From the human T2T-CHM13v2.0 reference genome, Homo sapiens, in assembly GCF_009914755.1 (NCBI RefSeq), contig NC_060932.1: 64,000 nucleotides of DNA, one strand, 5' to 3'. A program made the translations under genes and the position numbers. Positions 30,504 to 43,812 of the stretch are shown here, piece by piece. The number at the start of each line of letters is the position of its first letter. The stretch's first letter is position 1. The notes under the pieces are model-generated. The model searched no databases. It saw nothing but the letters and a program-made list of their open reading frames with translations, and was not told where the DNA came from.

Positions 30504-30868
30504 TGTGTTAGTCTGTTCTCATGCTGCTAATGAAGACATACCCAAGACTGGGCAATTTATAAAGCAAAAGAGATTTAATGGACTCACAGTTCCACATGGC
30601 TGGGGAGGCCTCACAAGTATGGTAGAAAGCAAAGGAGGCGCAAAGGCACATCTTACATAGAGGCAGTCAAGAGGGCATGTGCAGAGGAACTGCCCTTTAT
30701 CAAACCACCAGATCTCGTGATACTTATTCACTATCACGAGAACAGGATGGGAAAAACCCACTGCCATGATTGAATTCCCTTCCACTGGGTCCCTCCTGTG
30801 ACACGTGTGGATTATGGGAGCTGGAATTAGAGATGAGATTTGGGTGGGGAAACAGCCAAACCATATCA
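30504..30868 (-). mobile_element. THE1 MaLR solo LTR
   Basis: tgtgttagtctgttctcatgctgctaat..agacatacccaagactggg...gagatttgggtgggga.acagccaaaccatatca; perfect 5-bp TSD ctccc. Confidence 0.92.
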
Positions 30869-32455
30869 CTCCCTAAGACTATTACATTTCAGCAGTTAGA
30901 TGAAGAGAGAAGGACAGGGTTCAGATTGAATCATTTTGGATGGAGGAGAACATATAAATAATTGAACAATAGGAGCACCACCTAGTTTAGAGACAACCTA
31001 CCACAGGCAAATACCTCACATGACTTCATTGTTCTCCCCCACACCTTCTCTACCATCAGATTTCACCCAGAACCCTCATGTGCCACAGAACTTCAAGTAA
31101 ATACCAGCCCTGGAATACTAGTCAGAAAGCTGAAAAAAACGTGCAATATGAGTTTGAACACTCTGAGATCGTTAACACTTTTTTCAATAAGGTTAGATAA
31201 CTAAGATGATAAATAAAAATATTTTAAAACATTAATAAAGAGGAAATGATTCTCATAGAATTAGTATAGCCAAATTTTATCTTCTTAATTGTTGTATTTC
31301 ATCAAGAGACATAGATAGGATTAATTTTGGTTTTCTACTATAACTGCTTCCATCAGGGAAAATAGATTAATTTCTAAAATACCACCAGAATCTTAGAGTT
31401 GTTTATCCAAGAATCTCTAAAGACACTTTACATTGCAGAGTAAGTCAATAACATGGGCAAATATAAAGCTAGGGAACATGTGAAAAATAAAATTATGAGT
31501 TACAAACATTAAACATTATTTCAGTAGAAACAGATTGGTGGCTGCAGTTGATTATTAAAGAATGCCATTAAGTTGTCAGGAATAACTGTTGTAGTTTTCT
31601 GAAAATAGTCATTTTGTTGTAGCTTTAGATTGGATTAGCTAGAGCTATACACACGAGAGATGCACATCAGGCCTTAGACACAAATTCCTTCAGGAAAATG
31701 ATTCACTGGCTATTTAGGGGGTTGACAGCCAGTATATGTTGTTTTCGAGTCACAGAGAAAATTGTATGGTTGTATATTCTGCTTTAATTTACATCAATGG
31801 AAGATGAGCTACAAAGCAGCTATTGATACAAAAGGCAAACCCATTGTAGAAAATGAACATTTTCTGTAAGCTACATCTACATTCTTCCTGATCAGAAAAT
31901 AATACAGAAAGTGACATACTTGTTCCTTTTTCACATTTGAAGAAAATGTTACAAATGCCTCCATGATGCAATTCTGTATTTAGACAATCTAAGCATTGAG
32001 TCTTGGGATACTTATTCTGTAACTATTTTCTAAGAATAACCTGAATAGAAAACATGGAATTTGGTAGTAAAAGATATAAATAATGAAAATAGGGGTAGGG
32101 TCCTGTGCCTCAGTGAAGTTTAAAATTTAATTGAACTTCTAAATAAATGTTTAAAAATAGAGCAGTTTCAAAAATACAAAAGCTAGAATATTCATAGACC
32201 CCTGAAGATACTTCTACAGTATCCCACAGTTCCACAATCTCTGATTCAGGAAATTACATTAAAAGTTATATGTTGGCATTTTGGAATTTCATTTGGTATA
32301 CATACCTGCAGACAGAGGCAATAAAATCACATCAATGGTCGGTTACAAATGAAGTCATCCAGTTGACCCAGGGTATGCTTTGGCTAAATTTTGTTTTAGA
32401 TTTGCCCTAAAATATAATTGCAATATTGAATATCTCTAATAGATCTCAAGGGCCC

Positions 32456-32822
32456 TCTATTAGTCCATTTTCGTGCTGCTGATAAAGACATACCCAAGAC
32501 TGGACAATTTACAAAAGAAAGAGGTTTATTGGAGTTACAGTTCCACACGGCTGGGGAGGCCTCACAATCATGGTGAAAGTCAAGGAGGAGCAAATCACAT
32601 CTTAGGTGGATGGCAGCAGGCAAAAAGAGAGCTTGTGCAGAGAAACCTCCATTTTGAAAACCATCAGATCTCGTGAGACTCATTCGCTATCATGAGAACA
32701 GTGCAGGAAAGACCGGCCTGCATAATTCCATCAGCTCCCACGGGTTCCTCCCACAACACGTAAGAACTGTGGAGTTACACTTCAACATGAGATTTGGGTG
32801 GGGACACAGCCAAACCATATCA
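32456..32822 (-). mobile_element. THE1 (THE1B-like) MaLR solo LTR
   Basis: tattagtccattttcgtgctgctgataaagacatacccaagactgg...gagatttgggtggggacacagccaaaccatatca; perfect 5-bp TSD ggccc. Confidence 0.92.
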
Positions 32823-33407
32823 GGCCCACTTTGCAAAATATCAAAACAGAGGGGAAAAGTATAAGTAACTGAAGAGAAGGGTGCGGTGTGCTGAATACAA
32901 AGATGCTGACTGGGGGGAGTGAATGTACCTGCATCCCAATTTGCCTGGGAGGTCTGGTTTTACCCATTGTCTGACATTCTGTCTAATTTAGCATTTGTCC
33001 TGAATATTTCATTTAGTGATGTATTATTGTTATTAGTTGCATTAAAACAAGCCAAGATGGATTAGGTAGACCTCCACGTTGTACTTCCAGTTTCGTCATG
33101 TTATGGTCTTGGGGGTGCAGGAATTCCCAGGTTTCCTTGAGGTGAAATCTGAAAGCTGAGAAATATAGCACAGCTCACAAGGAAGAAGTGGATAAAACAG
33201 TGTCCTCAGAGCAGCCAGGGAATCCTAACCCCTGACGATCTTCAGTGAGGCATTTGGTACTCCAACCTGTTGTGCCTTAGCCCTGAGCCCCAGTCTGTGA
33301 GGTGCATATGGTCCTAGCTAATAGGTCAGTGGGAAAAGGGAGAAATAATAAACGAGGCTGTGTGTAAACTTACGTGTAGGAAACAGGTTAAGCTGTTCTG
33401 CCCTGTT

Positions 33408-33841
33408 GCATGCAGAGAGTAGTCTGAATGCTATTGCCACAGTGGTTTTATTTTTATTGTGTGATGTAACCATATGCCAATTTTTTTCTTTGACTATTGA
33501 CTCACTATTTTATAATGCATCCTTCTGGCAATAATGAAATAAAAATTAGTAAACAGAAGTAACTGTTTAATGAAAATGAAGTATTTGTATTTCTATTTAT
33601 CAAGAAAGAAAAGACGAACCTGTGGCATGCAGAGAGTAGTCTGAATGCTATTGCCACAGTGGTTTTATTTTTATTGTGTGATGTAACCATATGCCAATTT
33701 TTTTCTTTGACTATTGACTCACTATTTTATAATGCATCCTTCTGGCAATAATGAAATAAAAATTAGTAAACAGAAGTAACTGTTTAATGAAAATGAAGTA
33801 TTTGTATTTCTATTTATCAAGAAAGAAAAGACAAACCTGTG
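33408..33841. repeat. 217-bp tandem duplication (2 copies, 1 mismatch seen)
   Basis: 33408-33624 equals 33625-33841 except g33616 vs a33833. Confidence 0.97.
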
Positions 33842-34124
33842 GCCGAGCACGGGGGCTCACGCCTGTAATCCTAGCACTTTCGGAGGCCGAGGAGGGCGGA
33901 TCACCTGAGGTCAGGAGTTCGAGACCAGCCTGGCCAACGTGGTAAAGCCCTGTCTCTGCTAAAAATACAAAAATTAGCCGGGCGTGGTGGCTGATGCCTG
34001 TAATCCCAGCTACTCAGAAGGCTGAGGCAGGAGAATCACTTGAACCCGGGAGGCAGAACTTGCAGTGAGCCAGATTGCACCATTGCACTCCAGCTTGGGG
34101 CAGAAAGAAGAGAAACTCAGTCTC

Positions 34125-34150
<26 letters not shown>
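33841..34150 (+). mobile_element. Alu (AluSq/Sx-like)
   Basis: Full dimer with long A tail; diverged TSD aagaaaagacaaacctgt / aagaaaagatgaacatgt. Confidence 0.95.
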
Positions 34151-34155
<5 letters not shown>

Positions 34156-35673
34156 GAAAGAAAAGAAAAGATGAACATGTAACTTACACAAAACACTTGT
34201 TGCCATTTACCATGGGGATATAATGAACTAACATTCAGAAGTCACACATATGCTGAAGAAGCATCAGGATCTACTTCAAAAGTTAAAAACATTAAAAAAA
34301 AACACAGAAAAAAAGAGTGCATCTTAAAATGACTTAACACACACAACTGCAGAAGGTGGAGCTACAGAACATGCTTGGAAGCACGACTTTTTATTTAGAT
34401 CAGATGATTGTTCTTTGACATTAAGTTAGCTCATTGGCAATTTCATGATTTCTTGTGCATATCCCAAAATGAAATGACACCTGTTAAAGTGCCAGCACCG
34501 TTAGCAAAAGAACATTTAAAACAGAAAGTGGTGCCAGTTTTATTTCAATGTCATCAGATGTTCCAAACAGAAAATCACTCCAGTTAATTCTTGTAATGGT
34601 TTCGTTTTCTCATCCAATTCCGAGGAAGAAACTAAAGCTTTTTGAAATTAATTCTGTTGAATGTATTATTCATACTATTTTAAATTCAGTTAATATTTAG
34701 CCTACATTTCTAGCATTTGTCTAATATTAACACAGTTTTTGGTGGAGTACTGCATCATGAAGAAACCTAACACTCTGAAATTTAAAGATACGAAATTTAC
34801 TTGGAAATAGTTTTTATGTACATATAATTCATACTTACATCCAAATAAATGTTGATAGTCTCTCAATTAAAATAAAAGCTGTAAGTTTCAAATTTTTGAA
34901 ATAGGTACATATACAATTGGATCATCTGAACTGTGAAATTTTGTTAGGAAGGTAATGTTGACTACAAAAAAAACTCAGAATATCAGGATTCACTTTTTCT
35001 CTCTGCTGCCTTTCTTCGGTTGGATTTTAGAAACGTTCATGAGTGTTTAATCTTCTGTGCTTTTAAAATTCTTCTGAGTGTCTTAAAATAGTACTGAAGT
35101 TTTCATGACAGTCTTTTCATTTTTGGCTGAATATTGTTTTAAAATCATCTAGAAATCTTTCATCAAAGTACCAGTGAATGGAACAGCAAAAGCTAAAGAT
35201 TTCAAAGCTTTTATCAAAATGCGATTTTCGCAAACAAATTATGAAAATAGGAAGGCATGGATATGTATCTGCAAAGGCAAGGGAGAAACTAAAGAATTGT
35301 AGAATAAAGCTCAAATATTATAAAATATGTAATTTGAAAACTCCAATTGTGTTTTGAAATATTCAGTTTGTGGGAATAATAGTTTGATGAAGTTTCAATT
35401 TTTAATTAAATAAATTTATATAGAGCAGATATAATGAAATTGAAGACTTAGTAAAACTTTCAAAAAAATCCTAAAGACAGTTTATTTGATGATTTTTGAC
35501 TTTTAAATATTTGTTAATGAAAAGTATTCTTAGTAAAAAAAATATAAAATATTTGGGCTGAAATATTTAATATAAATAATTGAATTGAAAATATTTTCTG
35601 TTTAGCACAAGCTCTGAGCTTGTTAAGTACCTTGTGCCTGTGGGAGAAGCTAGTCTTTAAAAGTTTAAATATT

Positions 35674-35982
35674 GGCCAGGTGTGGTTGTCTCACACCTGT
35701 AATCCCAGGCGTGATTAATTTGGGAGGCTGAAGCAGGCAGATCACTTAAGGACAGGAGTTCAAGACCAGCCTGGCCAACAGGAGAAACCCCGTCTCTACT
35801 AAAAATACAAAAATTAGCTGGTCATGGTAGCCCACACCTGTAATCCTAGCTACTAGAGAGGCTGAGAATCTCTTGAACCCAGGAGGCGGAGGTTACAGTG
35901 AGCCAAGAACATGCCACTGCACTCCAGCCTGGGCGACAGAGAGAGACTCTGTCTCCAATAAATACATAAAAATAAAAATAAA
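35674..35982 (+). mobile_element. Alu (AluSx/Sz-like)
   Basis: Dimer; TSD tttaaatatt. Confidence 0.93.
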
Positions 35983-36844
35983 AATTTAAATATTATTGAT
36001 TAAAGATAAGAATGAATTAGTTTTGTCACTAATTTCATACATATTAACCATATCATGCCACTTTGAAGAAGATTGTAGGTAATTTATGAAAAATGTTCAA
36101 ATAAGACTGTATTTTTTTAAATACTTTTCTTAGAAAAATACTAGTGATATACTATTAAAGACAGATAAAACTTTAAAAAATTGATTAAAGTACTTGCATT
36201 CTACTTATTTTAATGTTCAGATTGATTTTATGAAGAATTTTTGCGTTAGTGAATGAAGCTTTGTGTTATTTTATATTTTAGAAATAATTCTAGCATAGCA
36301 TAGAATATTTTATAGGTATACGAATATAATAAAACCAGAATGTTGTTCACCAGACGAATTCTTCAAAAAAAAATACAATCTTCACTTTTAGTCTACTTTC
36401 TTACTCTCAAAAGTATCCTAATTAGTCTAGTGCTGAAGAGTTTCAAACTCATTTAAAGAGAAGTAGACAAATAAGTGACAGGAAGGATTGCCGTGTGTAT
36501 CTTCCAGTCTGGGGTGATGTTTAAATTCCTCAGAGTCCACTTAGCTTTGTCTCTTCACCAGCCTTGGTTTGCCCCAGTGCTGTTCATCATTTTAACAAAA
36601 ATAGATCTCACAGGATGTTCACCCAGTCACCTTTTTGTAGGGACAAGCTTTATAGTCCTAGCACTTGCTGATTCTTTAAATACTGTGCTTTGGTCCAGGG
36701 GATGTTACCTTAAGCCCATTTTTTGTAGTTAGTAAATAAGACTTCTTCCCAAAGTCACGTGCATGTTCAAGTTCTTGCATTGCCAGTGTGTAATGGATAA
36801 AGACAAATGTATAGTAAAAAAATCATGAGGCAGTCTTTGGTTCT

Positions 36845-37018
36845 CATCCCAGCCCTGTTGGCTGTGTGATATTTGGCAAATTATTTTACTTCTCTGAGCC
36901 TCTTTTCTTTCCATTGTAAAATACAGAGAATGATAGTTAAGAGTATTTTTGTGGAAATGAACCAACACAATGCAGCTCAAGTATCTTAGCAGAGTGCCTG
37001 TGTTCAATAAATATTAAT
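36845..37018 (+). mobile_element. MIR SINE
   Basis: ggctgtgtgatatttggcaaattattttacttctctgagcctc...tgtaaaat...cttagcagagtgcctg..ttcaataaatatt. Confidence 0.75.
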
Positions 37019-38523
37019 AAAATGACCCTTAACTCCCCTCAGCAAGTTTAAAAACAGGAAGTTTCCATTTCACCATTTACTTTCCAATTCTTTGTTAAAG
37101 ATGGCCATAATAAGTAATGAGAGTGTGCATTTGTAAATGTCTGTCACCAATGTGAATTTACTTGAGATGACTCAAACCACATTCTATACTGGAAAAGGTG
37201 CATTTAACGGGCAAAAGAAAAGCCCAGGCCAGTTTCTTTCTGTATCAACCCTGGGTAAATCTCCTTAAGAAAAAATTAACAATCATGATTTATTCATAGG
37301 GAAAGAATTTAACTACTTGTTAGCATTCGAATGGGTCCTAAGGAAACTCCCAAGTTAATTAAATCAGAACTTTCTTCTTGAGTTTGATCCATTATAGTGA
37401 GTTACCAGCTGGGTATCAACTGCTTTCCCAGAAAGGCCCCATTGAAATTAATGGACTCAGGGCTTTGTTGAGTCTGGACACTAGAGAATTGGACAAATGA
37501 CACTGTGGTTTATTAAAGAATTATGACTGCAAATACATTATATGATGCTTTCTCCCTCTCTCTCCATTTAATTATGAATCTGCCTCTCAAAAGCCTTGAC
37601 TCTGTATTTTAAAGTTGACATAAATGGTAGGACGAGGTTACTTTTTCCAGTAATGGAGAAAGGAGGAGAAAGGTTGCTCCGAATTTTGTGATCTTGTTCA
37701 TTTTCCGATGAAGTTTTTTTGCTGGTCCAAATATTAATTAATCGATTGATTGAAAATGCTACAAAAGAGGAGCCATTCATCAAAGAACCAAATCCAGTGA
37801 TTCGTGATCTGGGGTTTTATCACTTATATTTCTAGAGCATCCTTTTGCTTTTACAACTTAAATTTAATTGAAATTTTAATCCCTAGCAGGTTTTTAATAA
37901 TGGGCAGCTTTTGAGACATTAAAAAACATTGCTCTCACTTCCCAGATAAGGAGGTTGTCCAGATATCCTTATGCTTTAGGGAGCATTTACTAAGTGATGG
38001 TACTTCCCAGCGCACATTTTTGGTTTTGTTAAAGTATCTTAAACCGCCCATGTGTAGTCAACTTCCCCTTATGGAATCCATTGATAAATCATGGCAAAAG
38101 GAAACCACTCTATGGAAATAACGTCTAAAGGAGACCCTCTTTATCCCGGAGAGGAAAACCAGAGAGCAGTCACAATCTGGCTAACATAAAAAGAACCACT
38201 CCTTGATGCAAATCAAAAGACTAGATGTAGCTAATTAGACATGGGAAAAGGGTGGTTCTCCTGAAAATCTGGGGCCTCAGGCATTTTCTGGAATGTGTAC
38301 AGTCAGAACGTGCAAGTTAGTCAGCAAAGAGAAAACAAGCAGCCACACCTCTCCCAAATACCGAATAGTCATCCTTCTTTTGTGGTTCAGAGGTGTTTGT
38401 CTTAGAATGCTGCAACTTAAAACCAATTGATTTTAAATAAAAATGGTAACATTATAAAGTGTGAAAGTGTGGGGTTAGGAATCATTTCCCACCCTGTGAA
38501 AATGGCTCTATGGTCACCCAGGG

Positions 38524-38526
<3 letters not shown>

Positions 38527-38570
<44 letters not shown>

Positions 38571-38575
38571 TGTGT
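38527..38575. repeat. (TG)n microsatellite, about 20 perfect units
   Basis: Directly visible. Confidence 0.97.
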
Positions 38576-39977
38576 TTAACCTGTGAGATAAGAATGGTCA
38601 ACCAGTTGACTCCTCAAGAACAGTCTAGATTGCTACAGGCATGAAGTTGCTTTGAGAGCAGGTTGAATGCCCACACATGTAGGTTTGGTAGAGGTGGTGG
38701 TGAAAGCGGTGAGCATGGCTGCAGGGTACTCATGCCACTCACTCCTTTTTGTTACCTCTCACAACCTCTCTCTGTCTCCATCTGACATGCCTCCCTAGAC
38801 TGTCTCTAATACCATTAGAAACTTCAGCGCAAATTGTGCAACCTCTCCGACACTGACCACAAACCCTTTCCAGCCTCAGAAATGTTCATAGATAGATGAG
38901 GGTTATCAGGGTTGCTCAGCCAGTGAACTCCGACCACGCTGGGTGAGGCTACATTTGTAATCTGTTCTGGAAAACGGGAACCATGCTCCATTTTCAACCT
39001 GCACTCACCCACTCCTATTTCTTTCTAGGGTGTCTCTGTTTTTTTGCTTTTAACCTTGGGTTTGACTTTTTCCAGTGGACATTTCTAACTAGGAAACTTG
39101 ATGGTTTCCACTTAGATTCCCTTATTCTCCAACTTAATAAACATCAATACATTTAGAATCCTTCGCTTTCCAAGACTCTAACTGATTTGTGGCCACAGTG
39201 ATCTTTAAAATTCATTAGACTTTCGTCATTCCATTTTCTTTATTAAGGCATCCATATGAGCTGCCATGTGTTTGCTCTCTTTCATATATCTGAATTTACT
39301 GATTGTTGTCTCCAAAACATGTTCTATCTTAGACACTATCTCATCCTCTTCTCTGCCAGATATTGATTATTCATACATTCTCTGATCCCAACCACCAGCT
39401 TTACTCATTGTTATGTCTTTGTAGCTTTTTCTTCCCTTAAATACAAGGACAACCTATTATTTCCACAATTCAGCACTTTTTACTGGGTCTTTTACCTCTC
39501 TAAACCCAACAAGAGCATCAAAGCATGATGTTGGGCTTGGTGCCTCTCTTCCACCATTCTTTCTCTTTTTAACTCCACATGTGTGCTGGACTCTTGCTTA
39601 TGATCTTCCCTGTGTAGCTACCACCACAAAAATGTGTCCCCGGCCTTTACAAATGAAGTGTTCAGATGCAAGCCATTCTCTTATAGACATGGCAGTAAAG
39701 ACCAATTAAAAAAGGGGGAAAATTGGTGCTACAATGTCACTTTGCGGGAGAATGATGTCTGTAAAGTGGGAGCCTATGTCTTGCAATATGCTGATGCCCT
39801 GGTTGAATAGACCAAACTATTCATTCCTTCCTCTATGGCCTGGGGAGATCTCTCTCCATCACACCTCAGTGAAGACAGCTTTGATGCATTTGACTGTGGT
39901 GCCTTGGGCCTCCCAGTTTTCAATTTTTATTTGTTTTTTTCTGGTGGCTGCCTTCTTGACTGCTGATGTGTAGCTTA

Positions 39978-40548
39978 TGAAGGAGTGAAGGATGTGCCAT
40001 CCCAAAATATGGCAGATTGGTATATTGAGTATTTCAAGTTGAAAACATTGGAGACAGTGTAGTTTCAGAAAAGGAAGTCTGACCTGTCTCTTCCTGCATG
40101 TAGCACACCATAAAGATTCCTCTGGGAGGGGTACCCTTGCCTTACCAGGGCGAGAAAATAGCCCTTAATTACCAGAGACTTGGAACTGGAGGCTACACTG
40201 GACCTGATATATACACTTAACAAAGTAACGCTTATGTGCCTGTGGTTTTACACCCCCCCACCCCAAATATCTCCTAGTGACTCCCCTAGAAAATGTACTG
40301 CCCTGGCCAGATTTTCTTTTTGCTGTCATTTCTTCTCAAATGTATTATCATTCATTGTCTAAAAAATATAAAAGCCCCTTCTTCAGACTTCACTGTCTTG
40401 TGAAGATCTTCATGTACACGTGAAATTAATCAAATGTGTATACTTTTCTCTTGTTAATCTGCCTGGTGTCGATTTGGTTTCTAGGTCCTGCTGAGGAGCC
40501 CACTAAGAGCTAAAAGGAGGATTGGGGGTGATCACTGGCTCTCCTACA
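39978..40548 (+). mobile_element. ERV1 solo LTR, MER39/MER34 family
   Basis: TG...CA termini (tgaagg...cctaca); gccatcccaaaatatg..gattggtatattga.tatttc...gtagtttcagaaa...ctgacctgtctcttcctgcatg...cttttctcttgttaatctg; near 4-bp TSD ctta/gtta. Confidence 0.75.
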
Positions 40549-41779
40549 GTTATGCCCTATTGTTTTTTTTCTTTAAATACCTTTTCCAACAACTCGAAGC
40601 TCAGCAGTATGGTGGACTTCCTCCCTTGTGCATAGATATTGTTGCATCATTTCTGTCTTCCAGAGAACTACACTTGCTAAGTTCAGAATACTTTATCAGC
40701 TTACTTTGTGTCCTTGTTCCCATGGTGGTGACACCGATCTTGAAGCTTAAAAAATCCCCCAAATTCCGCCTCCCACCTCTGTGACACTCTTTTGCAAAAA
40801 TATGCAATTTTTCTACACACATTTCTGACAAAAAGGAAAAAAATGTTAAGTCCACCCTAGTTCTGTCCAGACAAGCACAGAGAGAGGCGTGTTAGATTTC
40901 CAGACAAATATTTTCGCCTAGATTTTGCTCAATGAACTTGATTCACTGCAGGGCTTTTTTTCCCACAAGCGCGTGGCAGAGGTGGGCTGCCACAGGAGTG
41001 GCCAGTGCCCGCTCTCTGCAGGGCACTGCTATGAATCACCATTTTCATGAATGGAAAGAATAGGAGGAGGGGAAAAAGGACAAGCAGCTTGTTGCTAATG
41101 CCCTCAAACAAGGCAAACATTTTGTGAATAATTTTTAGATAATATATGACGGTTTGGATCTTTGGTTTTGTTGTTTTGAATGGAATGCATAGAAAAAAGA
41201 ACTTGTTTCAACAAAAGTTTGATCTGATATCCTATTCATGGGCTGATTCTTTCTCAAATATTTGGCAGCTCATCCAGGGCACAGAAAAGGCACAGTGTTG
41301 AATCATGTTGCTTTCAAGCTCTGTATCAGTGGAAGGCACTGGAAGGGATTATCGATCCCACAAAATACACAAGGAAAGTATGTGCCCACTTCATTTCTGA
41401 GGAAATTTAGGGTTCAGATGGACCTTGCCATAGACTCAGTGTCTTTAGTAGAGGCCAAATAAATAAATAAGCCAACATAGATGCCAGGCAACTTACCATA
41501 CAGCATGCTGAATTTCTTCCCTCATGTCTGGTGACTGGTTTTATAGAACCCATTCAGTGAGAATGCAGGAGAAGTCTAAGAATTAGAAGGAACAAAGAAA
41601 AGAGAATGAGCACGGGAATAAAAGTAAATAATAATCATGTCTATTCTTGATTCTGGGGACTGGCTAACTTCTGTCACTTTAAACCACTTCACCTCATTTG
41701 AAAGTCCAGGCTTCTCAGCTTGATGTCCAAGGTTCTCCATGACACATATCCTCTTGAGCACTTCACTTCATGCCCCGAC

Positions 41780-42010
41780 CAAGCTTGGACTTCTTCCCCC
41801 TCACATGCTTGCTGTTTCATGTTTCATGTTTTAGCTCATGCTGTTCCCTCTACCTGGAACATCTTGGTTCACTCAACTAATTCTACCCATCAGAATTTAG
41901 CACAGGTGTCCTCCTCTCTTCATGGTCTTCCTAAATACCTCTTGGGTTCATTATTCCTCTTCCATGTTCATAGATCACCCTGGGTATTACTCTGTGCTAG
42001 CACTTTCCTT
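41780..42010 (+). mobile_element. L2 fragment
   Basis: gctcatgctgttccctctacctggaac...ccatcagaatttagcacaggtgtcctcctct. Confidence 0.5.
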
Positions 42011-42057
42011 CTTTCTGCTATGTAGTACCAGTCAGGCACTCAGGGGAAACGACTATG

Positions 42058-42650
42058 CCATTCACTCATTCAGTCATTCATTCATTCATTCAACAAAGAC
42101 GTATTGGATTACTATTATGTTCCAGGCACTGTTTTAGGGACTGAAGATAAGGTGGTGAACAAGACAGATAAGATTCCTGTTGTACAGGAGTATGCATTCT
42201 GGCAGGGGGATAGATTAAAAGGGAAATCAATAAGCTAACACGTTAAGTGCTACCGATAAGATGAAAATATGTCAATGGGAAGAAGAGTGCCTGCTGATTT
42301 AGACTGGGTGGTCAGGCAAAGCTTTGCCAAAGAGATGGCTGAAGCTGAGAGTTCAAATGCAAGAAGGAGTCTATGAGGATCTGGGCACGGAGTGTCTGAG
42401 TTGGAGGAAATGCAAGCACAAGGCCCTAGAGGAAGAATGAGAACTGTGAGCTCAAAAACCTAGAATAAGCCATGTGACTAGTGAACAGCATGTCCCAGCA
42501 AAAGTCACACTTAGAAAATATAGGGCCTGAGGGTCACAGGAAAAGTTGTTTATTCTTTACCTGATGGGAAACCTTGGGACAATTCTAAGCAGGGAGTTGG
42601 AAGACGTGATTTATATTTTGCAGAAATCACCAAGGCTCTGCATGCTGAAT
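42058..42650 (-). mobile_element. L2 3' end
   Basis: (cattcatt)n caacaaa..gtattg..tactattatgttccaggcactgttttaggg...gtgaacaagacaga...gggtggtcagg. Confidence 0.8.
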
Positions 42651-43087
42651 AGATTTTTTCTTTGCATCCCCAGAACCTAGCACAATGCCTGCCTCTGTTT
42701 CAGTAGGGCCCAGAGCCGTGCTGCTTTTCCACACAGGAAAATTGCCTTTTCCAAGGTGCATGGCTGCCCAGTAGAGAGGAAAGCTCAAAGTCATATCAAT
42801 TCAACACGCAGTACTAAGTCTCTCCTCTTGCTCCATTTTCTACTGGCCTGTGACCAACTACTTCCTAAAGTTGAAATTGCTTCCGATTTCTTTTTTCTCT
42901 ATTTCATGGATAATCCATGCAGTGTTTGCTCAACCTGTTTACACTGAGATGTGTTGAGGAACTGTCCCACGGCAAGACCACAAGGTGGGGCAGTAATGAG
43001 TAATTGGAAGAAAACTGCGGTACCTTCTAAAGCTCAAATGTGGCTTTCTAGAACACGATGAAGTGGAGCCCTACATTCATTATTTGA

Positions 43088-43415
<328 letters not shown>

Positions 43416-43702
43416 CTGTGACTTTTTCTCAAGGGCTTCAAACAGTCCCTCTGCAAGTTAACCTAGGCATACTCACAGAGCAAGAAGGCATTCATGATAC
43501 CACAAGGGAGGTGAGGTTTGTGCCATTTGCTCCATGTCACTGAGGCAGGACAGCCCTGTGTGGCTCCATTCCCACGAGAGACCGTCTTGCTCCGTTAGGA
43601 CTGCCTCCCACCTGCTAAGGGTGCTTTTCTTCCATGGTACAGTGATCTTTAATCATTTGTTTCAAAAATGTACCAACCTCCCGGGAATGAAACTAACCAA
43701 AC

Positions 43703-43781
43703 TTCCCTCCCTCCCTCTCTCCTTCCCTTCCTTCCTTCCTTCCTTCCTTCCATCCTTCCTGTTTGCCTTCCTTCCTTCCTT
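43703..43781. repeat. (CCTT)n-like polypyrimidine microsatellite
   Basis: Directly visible. Confidence 0.9.
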
Positions 43782-43812
43782 TTGGATTATGTTGTTTCAT
43801 TAAAATATATTT

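Noticed and set aside
30519-32864. Similar ORFs at 30.5k and 32.4k suggesting a duplicated gene or a provirus between two LTRs
   Set aside because: Two independent THE1 solo LTRs, each with its own TSD (ctccc, ggccc); the intervening DNA is not flanked by a shared TSD
33408-33841. Direct repeats as a possible CRISPR array or LTR pair
   Set aside because: Only two abutting copies, no spacers, no TG...CA termini, eukaryotic context
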